DNA from: Thermovirgaceae bacterium
GTDB taxonomy: Bacteria; Synergistota; Synergistia; Synergistales; Thermovirgaceae
DNA length: 41,008 nucleotides
NCBI GenBank assembly: GCA_040767805.1
Contig: JAXGNU010000013.1
Span: 1-41,008 of the forward strand
Direction: 5' to 3'
Shown here: piece by piece, positions 8,918-17,725 of the stretch
Numbering within the stretch: the stretch's first letter is position 1
How the letters are laid out: every line of letters begins with the position of its first letter
Program-made: the position numbers and the translations under genes
Notes under the pieces: model-generated
Databases searched by the model: none
What the model saw: the letters and a program-made list of their open reading frames with translations, nothing else
Told to the model about the DNA's origin: nothing

Positions 8918-9370
8918 CTCGATCCCTCCGACGGAGGTAAAGGGAAAAGGTCCAGCACGATTCTATCCGGCATGGGGAGGGTATAGTGCCCACCGTGACG
9001 GAGGGCGACTTGAGGTGAACCTCCAGGGAGGTGCGCCCTCGAAGGTTTCGAAATGAAATCCCCGGCGGCGGTGCTACCGGGGAACGCCCCGCGGACGTGG
9101 CCGTGACACGTAATTCATATCCAACAGGACCGTCGAAGCGTCGGCCGTTGCCGAGCACTCGGCGGATTCGTCCAGGTCTATGACCAGCCTCACCCCCCCA
9201 GGCAGAAGTCCGGCCCTGAAGGAAAGGATGGAGACGGCGAACCCGGCTGTTGGCGCAAAGCCGCAAAGAACAAGAGAAGCAACGAGCCCGAAGACCGCCA
9301 TCATCTTTTTCCCCGAGAACGACGGGGACCTCGGTTCCGGGCGATCCAAGGAGCCAAACACTTTTTTCAT
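8914..9370 (-). pseudogene. Frameshifted secreted AMIN-domain protein
   Basis: Signal-peptide-like segment, then VRLVIDLD in one frame and YTLPMPDRIVLDLFP in another, ending at TGA 8916-8914. Confidence 0.6.
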
Positions 9371-9402
9371 CCTATTATCCTCTTACCCGGCCGGTATCTC
9401 CA

Positions 9403-10899
9403 CTAGAGACCCCCTCCCTCCGCCTCCTTGAGTTTCCTCCTGAGCACCTTCCCTGTGCTGGAAAGGGGCAGTTCTTCCACGATATCGATCTTCCTGGGGA
9501 CCTTGTAGTGGGCGAGGTGTTCCTTGGCGTACTGGACCAGTTCATGCTGGGTCACTTCCATGCCCTCATGGGGAACGACGAAGGCCTTGACCACTTCGCC
9601 GCTCATCGACGAGTGGATCCCGATGGCGGCGCTCATTTTAACCGCGGGGTGCGTGTTCAGCACCGTTTCAACCTCCTGGGGGTAAACGTTGAACCCTCCA
9701 ACGATTATGAGATCCGTGGCACGGTCAAGGATGGTAATAAAACCGTCCTCATCGATGCTCACGATGTCCCCCGTATCGAGCCACCCTTCATGGAAACGTT
9801 CGGCCGTCAGATCGGGCGCCCGGAAATAGCCTGACGTCACCGAGGGACCCTTGACCCATAGCACACCCTCTCTTCCCGGGGGTAGCGGGTTTCCTCCCAG
9901 GTCCCTCAACTGGACCTCGTACCCCGGAAGGGGCGGCCCGACGGTGCCGAGCTTCCTGGTTGCCTCGGAAGGGTTGCAGGAGACCACCGGCGAGCATTCC
10001 GTCAAGCCGTAACCCTCGAAACAGATGACACCCATCTCTTTCCTGATCCGGCCCTCCAGGGTGGGGTCCAGCTTCCCGCCACCGGTGAGGATGTACTTAA
10101 GTTCGGGAAGGGCGACCCCTTCCTTCGATACGGCACCCAGGAGGAAGGGGAGCATGGTCGGGACCGCGATGAGGATGCTGACTTCAGCCGAACGCAGGGC
10201 CTCGAGGGTCTCCTTCAGGGGTATGAAGGAAGGGACGAGGACCATGGGGAGCCCGAAGCAAAGGGGCAGCACCCCGCAAATGGTGAAACCGAAGGAATGA
10301 AAATTGGGCAGGACGTTCATGAGAATCCTCCCCGTGTCGAACCCCTCGATGTTCTCGTGCACCTTCAGGGAATTATCTATCAGGTTGCCGTGGCTAACCT
10401 GCACGGCCTTGGGCGCTCCCGTCGTCCCCGAGGTGGCGAAGATGACGGCGATATCGCTATCTTCCTTTTGATATTCCCGCCCCTTGAATCCAGGCAAAGG
10501 CCCGGCGGGGGGGGCGATCACCGCAGGGATGCCGGCTCTTTCCAGGGCTTCGGCCAGGTTCTCCATACCATCACCGAGCACGGCACCGACGGGATCTATG
10601 TGCTCCACTATCTTCAGGCTCGCGTTGATGCCGCTCCTCGCGTTGAGGGGGGCGATGGCCCCCCCCAGCTTCCATGCGGCCACTGCTATACCCCATAGAA
10701 GGGGTGAATTGGGCAGGAAGACGGCGATCCTCGACCCGGGGCCGAAACCGCTCATCCTCAAGGTCTTCTGCGCGCCCTCCACTAGTTCAAGGAACTCGTA
10801 TCCCTTTATCCACGACCCCTTCCACCACAGCGCCGGGTTCAGGGCATTCTCTTCCAGTCGTTCCACAATGATCCCTTCGAGCCGATCAAGGTCTGGCAT
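9403..10899 (-). CDS. Long-chain-fatty-acid--CoA ligase (AMP-binding family)
   Basis: ATSGTTGAPK, EGYGLTECSP, WLDTGD, GGFNVYPQEVE, LAHYKVPR, LPLSSTGKV. Confidence 0.9.
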   Translation of the reverse strand: MPDLDRLEGIIVERLEENALNPALWWKGSWIKGYEFLELVEGAQKTLRMSGFGPGSRIAVFLPNSPLLWGIAVAAWKLGGAIAPLNARSGINASLKIVEHIDPVGAVLGDGMENLAEALERAGIPAVIAPPAGPLPGFKGREYQKEDSDIAVIFATSGTTGAPKAVQVSHGNLIDNSLKVHENIEGFDTGRILMNVLPNFHSFGFTICGVLPLCFGLPMVLVPSFIPLKETLEALRSAEVSILIAVPTMLPFLLGAVSKEGVALPELKYILTGGGKLDPTLEGRIRKEMGVICFEGYGLTECSPVVSCNPSEATRKLGTVGPPLPGYEVQLRDLGGNPLPPGREGVLWVKGPSVTSGYFRAPDLTAERFHEGWLDTGDIVSIDEDGFITILDRATDLIIVGGFNVYPQEVETVLNTHPAVKMSAAIGIHSSMSGEVVKAFVVPHEGMEVTQHELVQYAKEHLAHYKVPRKIDIVEELPLSSTGKVLRRKLKEAEGGGL

Positions 10900-10977
10900 T
10901 GCTCTCCCCTCTCCTCCCACGGGTCGCCCCGGGGATCTCATTCTTTATATTCTATTATCACCGATGGACCCTTCATT

Positions 10978-11346
10978 TCATCGTCGGTCAAGGCTTGCCT
11001 CGAGCAGCGCCAAGTCCATGAAGGCCAGGTCCTCCCCCCGCTTCCCCTCCCCGCTGAGAAAGGGAGTAACGGTGAGGCGCTGCCTGGCCTTTTCCAGGAG
11101 AAGAAAGTCCCTGCCTTCTTTTACTTGTTTCTTCTCTCTCATCAAGGCGATCGAGCGGAAGGGGTTCTTCATCAGCCGTCCATTGGGCGGCAGGGGGGAC
11201 CCAAAAAGGCAGTACCCCTCGAGCAGCATCCTGGATGCTTCCTCTACAACTTCGACGGGGGATCCTTCCGCTTTGAGACAATCCGCGTACCTCTCGACCA
11301 CCAGGGGATTGTTGGTCACGATCAACAGGTCCTTCAAGGGCCTCAT
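10978..11346 (-). CDS. grdX: GrdX-family protein
   Basis: LIVTNNPLV N-terminus, SPL...NPFRSI, DLAFMDLALL; next to grdB. Confidence 0.8.
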   Translation of the reverse strand: MRPLKDLLIVTNNPLVVERYADCLKAEGSPVEVVEEASRMLLEGYCLFGSPLPPNGRLMKNPFRSIALMREKKQVKEGRDFLLLEKARQRLTVTPFLSGEGKRGEDLAFMDLALLEASLDRR

Positions 11347-11409
11347 TCCACCTCCCGAAAAGGTGAATGGTTTATTATAACCTCCACCGTTCTCTGATTT
11401 CCATAGAAG

Positions 11410-11442
11410 GGGAGGCGTGAGGGTCCGGCCCTCACGCCTCCC
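11410..11442. terminator. Stem-loop after grdB
   Basis: Perfect 14-bp inverted repeat gggaggcgtgaggg-tccgg-ccctcacgcctccc. Confidence 0.75.
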
Positions 11443-11468
11443 TGGTTTCCAAGCCCCGATCCGCCACG

Positions 11469-12803
11469 CTAGGAGGTGAAGACGGTCTGTTCCTCGATCG
11501 GAGTCATTATGGCCTTCAGGGCCCTTTCCAGCAATTGCCGCCTTACGGCCCTGTCACCCTCGGCCCCCCTCGTAGGGTCCCCCACGGGGTGAGGGATGGC
11601 CACGCCGGGCACGATCCTGTTCGCCCCCACAGTCAGCATGATCGGGACAATGGTGGCTATCTGAACCACCGGGATCCCCGCCGCGTTCTCGATCTCCCGC
11701 ACCATCGATGCGCCGCACCGTGTACAGGTGCCTCAGGTCGAGGTCAGGATGACGGCATCGACACCGTCCTTTTTGAGCCTTTCGCCTATCTCGCGGCCGA
11801 ACCGTTCGGCGTGGGCGACGGCGGTCCCCGTTCCGGTGGTGGTGAACACGTGATCATCCAATTTGCCGAAAACACCTTCCTTTTCCAGTTCCCTCATGAC
11901 GTCAAGGGGAAGGACCGTGTCGGGGTCCTCGTTCGCCCATACCCTGTCGTAACCGCCATGGATCGATTCGAACTCATCCGGCGTGAGGTCGTCCAGGCCG
12001 GAGATATCATAGACCCCGTAGGATTCAGCGGAGGAGACCCTTATGTGATCTGGGTTCCCCCTGGGGACGATGCCCCCGGAGCTCACCAGCGCTATGGTCG
12101 CTTTTTTCAGGTCCCCGAGAGGCTTCGCCGGGGGGATGCGTTTGAAGACGGGCATCTCGTACTCCGTAGCGAAGGAGGTCCCCGCGAGTTTTTTAAGGAG
12201 CATATCAACGGCTCTCCTGGCCCCGCTGGCCTCGTGGAAGAAATTCTTCCTTATCCCCCTCGAGAAATACCCCTCCTCCTCGGCGGCCCCCAAAGGGGCG
12301 CCTCCCAATAGTTTACGGGCCAGGGATGTCATCGCGCCCAGGGCATCCTTCATTCCCCTCGCGCTGTCGGCGGTCTTCACAATAAAGACCTGGGGGCTGT
12401 AAAGTTCCACGCCGGGATTTTCCCCGAACATCCCCGTGACGGCGGGAATACCCAGTGCCCCTGTAACGGCGGCACAGACATCGCCGCAGGCCACGCCGTA
12501 CCGCCCGGCGTTGAAGGCGGGTCCTGCCATGAGGACGTCCGGCTTGAACTCACCGATCATCCTTACGCATTCCTCCCGGGCCGCCTCCAGGTGTTCCCCG
12601 TAAAAACTGTCGCCGCAGATCACCGTCGCGACGACCTCGGCTTCGTCACCAAGGAAGCTTTGGACCTGGACGGCGGGACCGACGGCTCCGGGGCGGACCG
12701 AGGGGGGTACATGGGCCTGTTCCTCTCCTCCCATCCCGGCAAAAAACTGGTTGATATAGCAGACAACTCTCTTCGTTGTTGTTGTTTTCGTCGTCATTTT
12801 CAT
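11469..12803 (-). CDS. grdB: Glycine/sarcosine/betaine reductase selenoprotein B (GrdB/GrdF/GrdH family), Sec encoded by UGA at 11735-11733
   Basis: YINQFFAGMGGEE, GPAFNAGRYG, HGGYD, and VILTST-UGA-GTCTRCGASMVREIE continuing in frame into the 11469..11705 ORF; 444 aa in total. Confidence 0.93.
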
Positions 12804-12814
12804 CACCGCCCCTT

Positions 12815-14101
12815 CTAGACCCACCGGGCCCCGATCCTGCTGAAGCCGAGCTCGTTGGTGGAACCGATGATCGCCTGGAGTTCGACGAACATCGATCCGT
12901 CTTCCCGGAGGCTCTCCTCGGCCCCCCCGGACAGGTTGGAAATAGAATCGTCGTGGCCGATAACCCTGTCCATGGGAGGGAGCTCCACCATCTCGTTGAC
13001 ATTGCCGGTGGAAACAAAGGCCGTGATCTCGGGGGCGGCGTCGGCGAGACCCTGGCTTCTGCCGTCGGTCCCCGCGGCCTCATCAGAGATGACCACCGTT
13101 TTTATCCCAAGCTTCTCGCACTTGGCCGCGTTCATACATAGGTCCGTATCGGGGTTGCCGTAACCCTCCTCGGAGATTACCACGCCAACAGCCCCGAGAG
13201 ACCTCGCAAGATTCGCGTTGAAGGAGGATGTCCTTTCCTTCCCCGCCAGCCTTGTATCCTCCAGGGTCGGAATGACGCCGAGGAAGACAAGGTCTTTCCC
13301 GTGTCTTTCATAGAGCTCCTCCACGATGGGGTCATTCAAGTGGTGCCAGGTGGTGTTCTTGTCGCAGGAAGATACGCAGTTCCCCGAGACCATGGCTCCG
13401 TCCATCTTTTCGTTGGGGTGGATCAGGGTCGGGACAAGGTGCTTCATGTCGGCGCCGTAAAGGAAGGTGTCATGAAGAAGCCCTTGGGTTATGGACATGC
13501 AGAAATAGGCCACCCTTGGAAGGTGTGGGTACTTGGAGGATTCCTTCACCGGGCCTTCCATTTCGTAGACCTTGACCTCGTCGACCTTCGCCCTCCTGCT
13601 CTTGTCCGCCAGGTACCAGGCAAGATCGAACCCCACCTCGCGCAAGGCGGCCTCGTAGGAGTGCTGGTCGATGCCCTGGACGGGTTCGACCACGAGCACC
13701 ACGTTGTTCGTCCTGGAAAAGGGGGAGTAAACAGCGGCCGGGCCCGTCATGTCGATAAGCCCTTCCTGGAAGGCTACGATGGGACCGCAAGTGACCACGG
13801 CGGCGCCTTCGAGGACCAGGGTCGAACCCTCTCCCACGGTACAGGTGCCACCCACAAAGCCCGGGAACACCTCCCCTGGACCGGAAAGCTTGCACCTGGG
13901 TTCGATTACGTCCTTAACGGGGATGATCCTGACACTCTCACCGGGGCGGGCGAGTTCAAGTTCCACGCGGGCGAACCGGGGTTCTTCCCTGGCGATGGCG
14001 AGCATCTCTTCCCGGTTGATGAACAAGGTCCCACCCCTGACCTCCGTCGCATCACCCCATGAGACATTTTTGATCCTTACTTTGTGCAACTCCAACCTCA
14101 T
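12815..14101 (-). CDS. grdE: Glycine/sarcosine reductase component B alpha/beta proprotein (GrdE/GrdG family)
   Basis: MRLEL start, RIIPVKDVIEPR, FQEGLIDMTG, DGAMVSGNC(242)VSSCDKN, EEGYGNPDTD. Confidence 0.92.
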   Translation of the reverse strand: MRLELHKVRIKNVSWGDATEVRGGTLFINREEMLAIAREEPRFARVELELARPGESVRIIPVKDVIEPRCKLSGPGEVFPGFVGGTCTVGEGSTLVLEGAAVVTCGPIVAFQEGLIDMTGPAAVYSPFSRTNNVVLVVEPVQGIDQHSYEAALREVGFDLAWYLADKSRRAKVDEVKVYEMEGPVKESSKYPHLPRVAYFCMSITQGLLHDTFLYGADMKHLVPTLIHPNEKMDGAMVSGNCVSSCDKNTTWHHLNDPIVEELYERHGKDLVFLGVIPTLEDTRLAGKERTSSFNANLARSLGAVGVVISEEGYGNPDTDLCMNAAKCEKLGIKTVVISDEAAGTDGRSQGLADAAPEITAFVSTGNVNEMVELPPMDRVIGHDDSISNLSGGAEESLREDGSMFVELQAIIGSTNELGFSRIGARWV

Positions 14102-14279
14102 GGGCCACACCCTCCTCGTAAGGTTTCCTGAAACCATCAAATCGAATTATAGTATCCTGACCTTATTTGGTATATTGTTCACCCTCAAGGACTTGTGCCC
14201 TTCGGACGGTCCTTTTTTTGGACTTTTGCACAAAAACTTCTTGGTCCATAATGTCTTTATCTTAGAGGAGGGGATACGA

Positions 14280-15458
14280 ATGTTGAAGCGTTTCGCCCAG
14301 GAGATTTGCGATATAACCAACGACATCATCGGGCATCATGTCCTGATAACCGATGAAAAGGGCCTGACCCTGGGAAGCAGCGACCTTTCCCGGCTCGGCG
14401 CAGTACATACCCCGTCCTTGGAATGCATGAGATCCCGGGCGGAAACCTTCACGGACAGTGAAGAGGCCTCTCGCCTTGAAGGAGTCAAACCTGGTGTAAC
14501 CCTGCCGGTTTGCCTCGCCGGAGAGGTGGTGGGATCCATCGCCATCGCCGGTGATCACAGGGAGGTAGCCCGTTACGGTTACCTCGTTCAAAAGCAGGCG
14601 GAGCTGTTCCTCAAGGAACAGATGATGCAGGAATCCGCAGGGGCCAGGGACAGGGCGGTCCAGGAACTCATCTCCTATATCGCTTCCTTCGCCCCCGGTC
14701 ATGATGACCCCGGCATCCTCGCGACCCGGATCAGGGAATTGGGTTTTGAGCCATATGTGCCAAGAGTCTGCCTGGTCCTGGAGCCCGGGTCGGCCAGGCC
14801 CGGGGCGGCCGGAAAAGGGCTTGACCCCCTGGAACGGGTTTCTCTCTTTAAGGAGATCCATGAGATCATCCTATCTGTTTTCCCTGAACCTTTGAATTTC
14901 GGTTCCAGCCTGGGAGGCGCCAGGTTCGCGGTCTTCGCCGCCATTAAAGAAGTTGAAGGAGGGGCCGTTCTGGATCATGCTGTGTCGGGTTGCCAAAGAT
15001 GCAGGGAGAAAATGAAGGGGATGGGGTTGATCCTGACAGTGGGGGCGGGTTCGCCCGCCCAGACCTTGGAGGAACTCCACTACTCCTACCTTGACGCCTG
15101 GAAAGCGCTGACAATAGGGTTGAAGAAGAATGATCCGGGTGGGACCCATTCTATTGACGATTACCGGCTGGAAGACCTTTTGACGACGGTTAACACCAAA
15201 AAAGGCCGCCGTTTCGCCTCCAAGACTCTCTCAGGGCTCAAGGAGGCCCCCGATAGGGAGGAGATGTTTCGCACTTTCAAGGCCTGGTGTCGTCACCCCT
15301 GCAGCCCCGGACTCGTAGCGAAGGATCTCAATATCCACCGGAATACCCTGAGTTACAGGATACAAAAAATCAGAAAGTTGACCGGACTGGATATAAGGGA
15401 CCTCGGGGAGGCCTTCGAACTTTTTTTAGCAGCGACGCTCGATGCTCTTCTCGATTGA
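14280..15458 (+). CDS. CdaR/PucR-family transcriptional regulator (sugar-diacid recognition domain plus C-terminal HTH)
   Basis: N-terminal AQEI...LITDEKG..LGSSD.SRLG.VH...GVKPGVTLP...VVGSIAIAG; C-terminal AKDLNIHRNTLSYRIQKIRKLTGLD; SD GAGGAG. Confidence 0.9.
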   Translation: MLKRFAQEICDITNDIIGHHVLITDEKGLTLGSSDLSRLGAVHTPSLECMRSRAETFTDSEEASRLEGVKPGVTLPVCLAGEVVGSIAIAGDHREVARYGYLVQKQAELFLKEQMMQESAGARDRAVQELISYIASFAPGHDDPGILATRIRELGFEPYVPRVCLVLEPGSARPGAAGKGLDPLERVSLFKEIHEIILSVFPEPLNFGSSLGGARFAVFAAIKEVEGGAVLDHAVSGCQRCREKMKGMGLILTVGAGSPAQTLEELHYSYLDAWKALTIGLKKNDPGGTHSIDDYRLEDLLTTVNTKKGRRFASKTLSGLKEAPDREEMFRTFKAWCRHPCSPGLVAKDLNIHRNTLSYRIQKIRKLTGLDIRDLGEAFELFLAATLDALLD

Positions 15459-15505
15459 CCGTTGACCATGGGGCGGACGGTGTAAGAAAGGCCGGTCGCA
15501 GGTTA

Positions 15506-15536
15506 AAGGGCGCCCGTCCAAACGACGGGCGCCCTT
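15506..15536. terminator. Bidirectional terminator
   Basis: Perfect 13-bp inverted repeat aagggcgcccgtc-caaac-gacgggcgccctt between convergent genes. Confidence 0.8.
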
Positions 15537-15543
15537 GATGGCT

Positions 15544-16119
15544 CTAGAAAGAGAACTTGTTATAACCCTTGGGTATTTCGAACAGTGACCGGTCTATGGC
15601 CTCTTCCTCGATGTTTTTATAGGTCACGATGACCGTGCCGTCTTTCCCCTGGGAAACTCCCTTGATCGGGAAGTTGAGCTTCCGGGCTACCCAGACCACG
15701 GAACTGTCCATGTCCCTCATGTCGGGATCCTTGTAAATCACCTCATACTTGTCGCACTGGTAACCATCGATGGTCTCCGTTCCTACCTTTTTCAGGTCCG
15801 CCTCGCCGGAAAGCTTCTTTTCAATATCCTCGTCACCCAGGACCATCTGGTCGTTGGGGAATTCCATGTACATTTTTTCTTCGGGCATAAGGACATACAT
15901 TATCCCCCTGGCCCCATCAAAGATACTGATATTCACCCCGCCGCCGGGAATCTTCGTCTCCTGTCGCATGAGGCTGCCGCTGACATAAACCTTGCTCGTG
16001 ATGGTCTCACCCTCGGTTTCCACCGCCATGTCCGCCTTGAACTCCGCGGCGAAAGCTGAGCCGGAGAAAACCAACGTTGATAAAACAGCAACCGGAAGGA
16101 CCAGTCTTTTCCAATTCAT
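15544..16119 (-). CDS. Secreted DUF4412-like (LolA-fold) protein
   Basis: Signal peptide ending AFA; MYVLMPEEKMYME, VGTETIDGYQCDKY, LFEIPKGY. Confidence 0.75.
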   Translation of the reverse strand: MNWKRLVLPVAVLSTLVFSGSAFAAEFKADMAVETEGETITSKVYVSGSLMRQETKIPGGGVNISIFDGARGIMYVLMPEEKMYMEFPNDQMVLGDEDIEKKLSGEADLKKVGTETIDGYQCDKYEVIYKDPDMRDMDSSVVWVARKLNFPIKGVSQGKDGTVIVTYKNIEEEAIDRSLFEIPKGYNKFSF

Positions 16120-16383
16120 CCCTGCCACCTCCCAACCGCCATAGTTTTCGGATCCTCCTGTTATTCTACTTCAAGGGCCGGCCCAATGGGGGGTCTTCTT
16201 CGACAGCGCTCTCGATTTACTATGATCTTTCTGAAATATAATGGACACCAAAGGTCAAGTTATTCCCAATCCGGGGAAGTCAAAGGAGAAGGAATTGGAA
16301 GTCATGGCGGAGATCATGGGATCGAGGGTTCTGGATTCGGTGTCTCGTGGGTTGTCCGGTTTTGTTGTCGTGGAACAGCGCCG

Positions 16384-17658
16384 ATGAGCGACCTGTCCGG
16401 GTTCCTGGGTTCCTTGGAGGGTTGCAGGGTACTGGGCGTAAACCCCCCGGTGATGGACTTCTCCTTCTTCGACCTTTGGGCTAAGCCATTGGGGTTGCTT
16501 TTTCTCCTTGGTCTCCTGCGGGAAAGGGGCAACGAGGTTTATCTCATCGACTGCGTCCGTGACTCCGCCGCTTCCGACAAAAAGTACGGTCGAAGGGTCC
16601 CCGCCAGGAGGGAGATCCCCAAGCCCGAAGCCTACCGGCAGATCCCCCGCCGTTTCTGGCATTACGGCCTTGATGGTGAAGGGCTCGCTTCAAGGGTTCG
16701 CTCCCTGCCGCGGCCCGACCTCATCCTCGTCACATCGGCCATGACCTATTGGTACAAGGGTGTATTCTGGTGCATCGAACAACTCAGGAATTCGCTGCCG
16801 GGGGTCCCGGTGATCCTCGGCGGGATCTACCCCATCCTCTGCCCCGAACATGCCTCCCTCTCCGGAGCGGACGAGGTCCAGACGGTGCCCTTGCCGCTCC
16901 CTTCTGCCACGCCGGCGATGGATCTTTACGGGAAGTTGACCTTCGGGGTGGCCCTCTCTTCCACCGGGTGCCCCAGGAGGTGTACCTACTGCGCCTCTCC
17001 ACTCCTATGGCCGGAGTTCAGGCAAAGGGACCTGGGCCGGCTGATGGCAGAAGTTGACCTCCAGGTCGGCCTAGGGGCGTGGGACCTTGCCTTTTATGAC
17101 GATGCCCTGCTGGCGGCAAAGGAGGACCACTTTTACCCCCTCTGTGAAGGGATCATCGCGCGCTACCCCGGCTTGAGGCTTCATGCGCCTAACGGCCTTC
17201 ACGTACGCGAGATCGATCGGGGTTGTGCTTCCACGTTGTACCGGGCGGGTTTTAAAACCATCCGCCTCAGCCTTGAAGGCGTCGATGAGATCAACCTCGA
17301 GGCAGGGAGGATCAAGGCTACTTCCGAGGAATACAGGGCGGCCGTTTCCTACCTCTTGGAAGCGGGTTACGGGCCTGACCAGGTTGAGACCTACGTGCTG
17401 GTGGGCCTTCCAGGGCAGAAAGCCTCCGACGCGGCGGAGACCATCCGTTTCGTCCGATCCCTCGGGGCGAAGTCGAAACTGGCCCAATATTCACCGATCC
17501 CCGGCACGCCCCTCTTTAGGGAGGTCCTTGTCAAGCACCCCGAAGTGCAGCATGAACCCCTCCTACAGAACAAGACCGTTTATTCGCCCTTCGTGTCGGG
17601 CAAGATAACAGCGGAGGAACTACAGTGCCTCAAGGACCTGGCCAATTCTCCTGGTTGA
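16384..17658 (+). CDS. B12-binding-domain radical SAM protein
   Basis: N-terminal KPLGLL...PDLILVTS...VILGGIY; GCPRRCTYCAS (CxxxCxxC); FYDDALL; YSPIPGT. Confidence 0.88.
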   Translation: MSDLSGFLGSLEGCRVLGVNPPVMDFSFFDLWAKPLGLLFLLGLLRERGNEVYLIDCVRDSAASDKKYGRRVPARREIPKPEAYRQIPRRFWHYGLDGEGLASRVRSLPRPDLILVTSAMTYWYKGVFWCIEQLRNSLPGVPVILGGIYPILCPEHASLSGADEVQTVPLPLPSATPAMDLYGKLTFGVALSSTGCPRRCTYCASPLLWPEFRQRDLGRLMAEVDLQVGLGAWDLAFYDDALLAAKEDHFYPLCEGIIARYPGLRLHAPNGLHVREIDRGCASTLYRAGFKTIRLSLEGVDEINLEAGRIKATSEEYRAAVSYLLEAGYGPDQVETYVLVGLPGQKASDAAETIRFVRSLGAKSKLAQYSPIPGTPLFREVLVKHPEVQHEPLLQNKTVYSPFVSGKITAEELQCLKDLANSPG

Positions 17659-17725
17659 CACCTCTGCGATCCCTCGTGCTAAACTGCATGAGGTCCGTGT
17701 TTCGCGAGAAGAAGGTGTCTCATCT

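Noticed and set aside
7247..9266. Separate small hypothetical ORFs (7247..7477, 7347..7655, 7529..8134, 8131..8436, 8649..9266)
   Set aside because: Better explained as frame fragments of the BcsB-like and AMIN genes.
6919..9370. Programmed frameshifting or phase variation as the cause of the broken frames
   Set aside because: There are too many shifts and no long slippery or simple-sequence tract; error or decay is more parsimonious.
13749..14279. N-terminal extension of the 569-aa ORF
   Set aside because: It overlaps grdE antisense; the real start is ATG 14280 with a strong SD.
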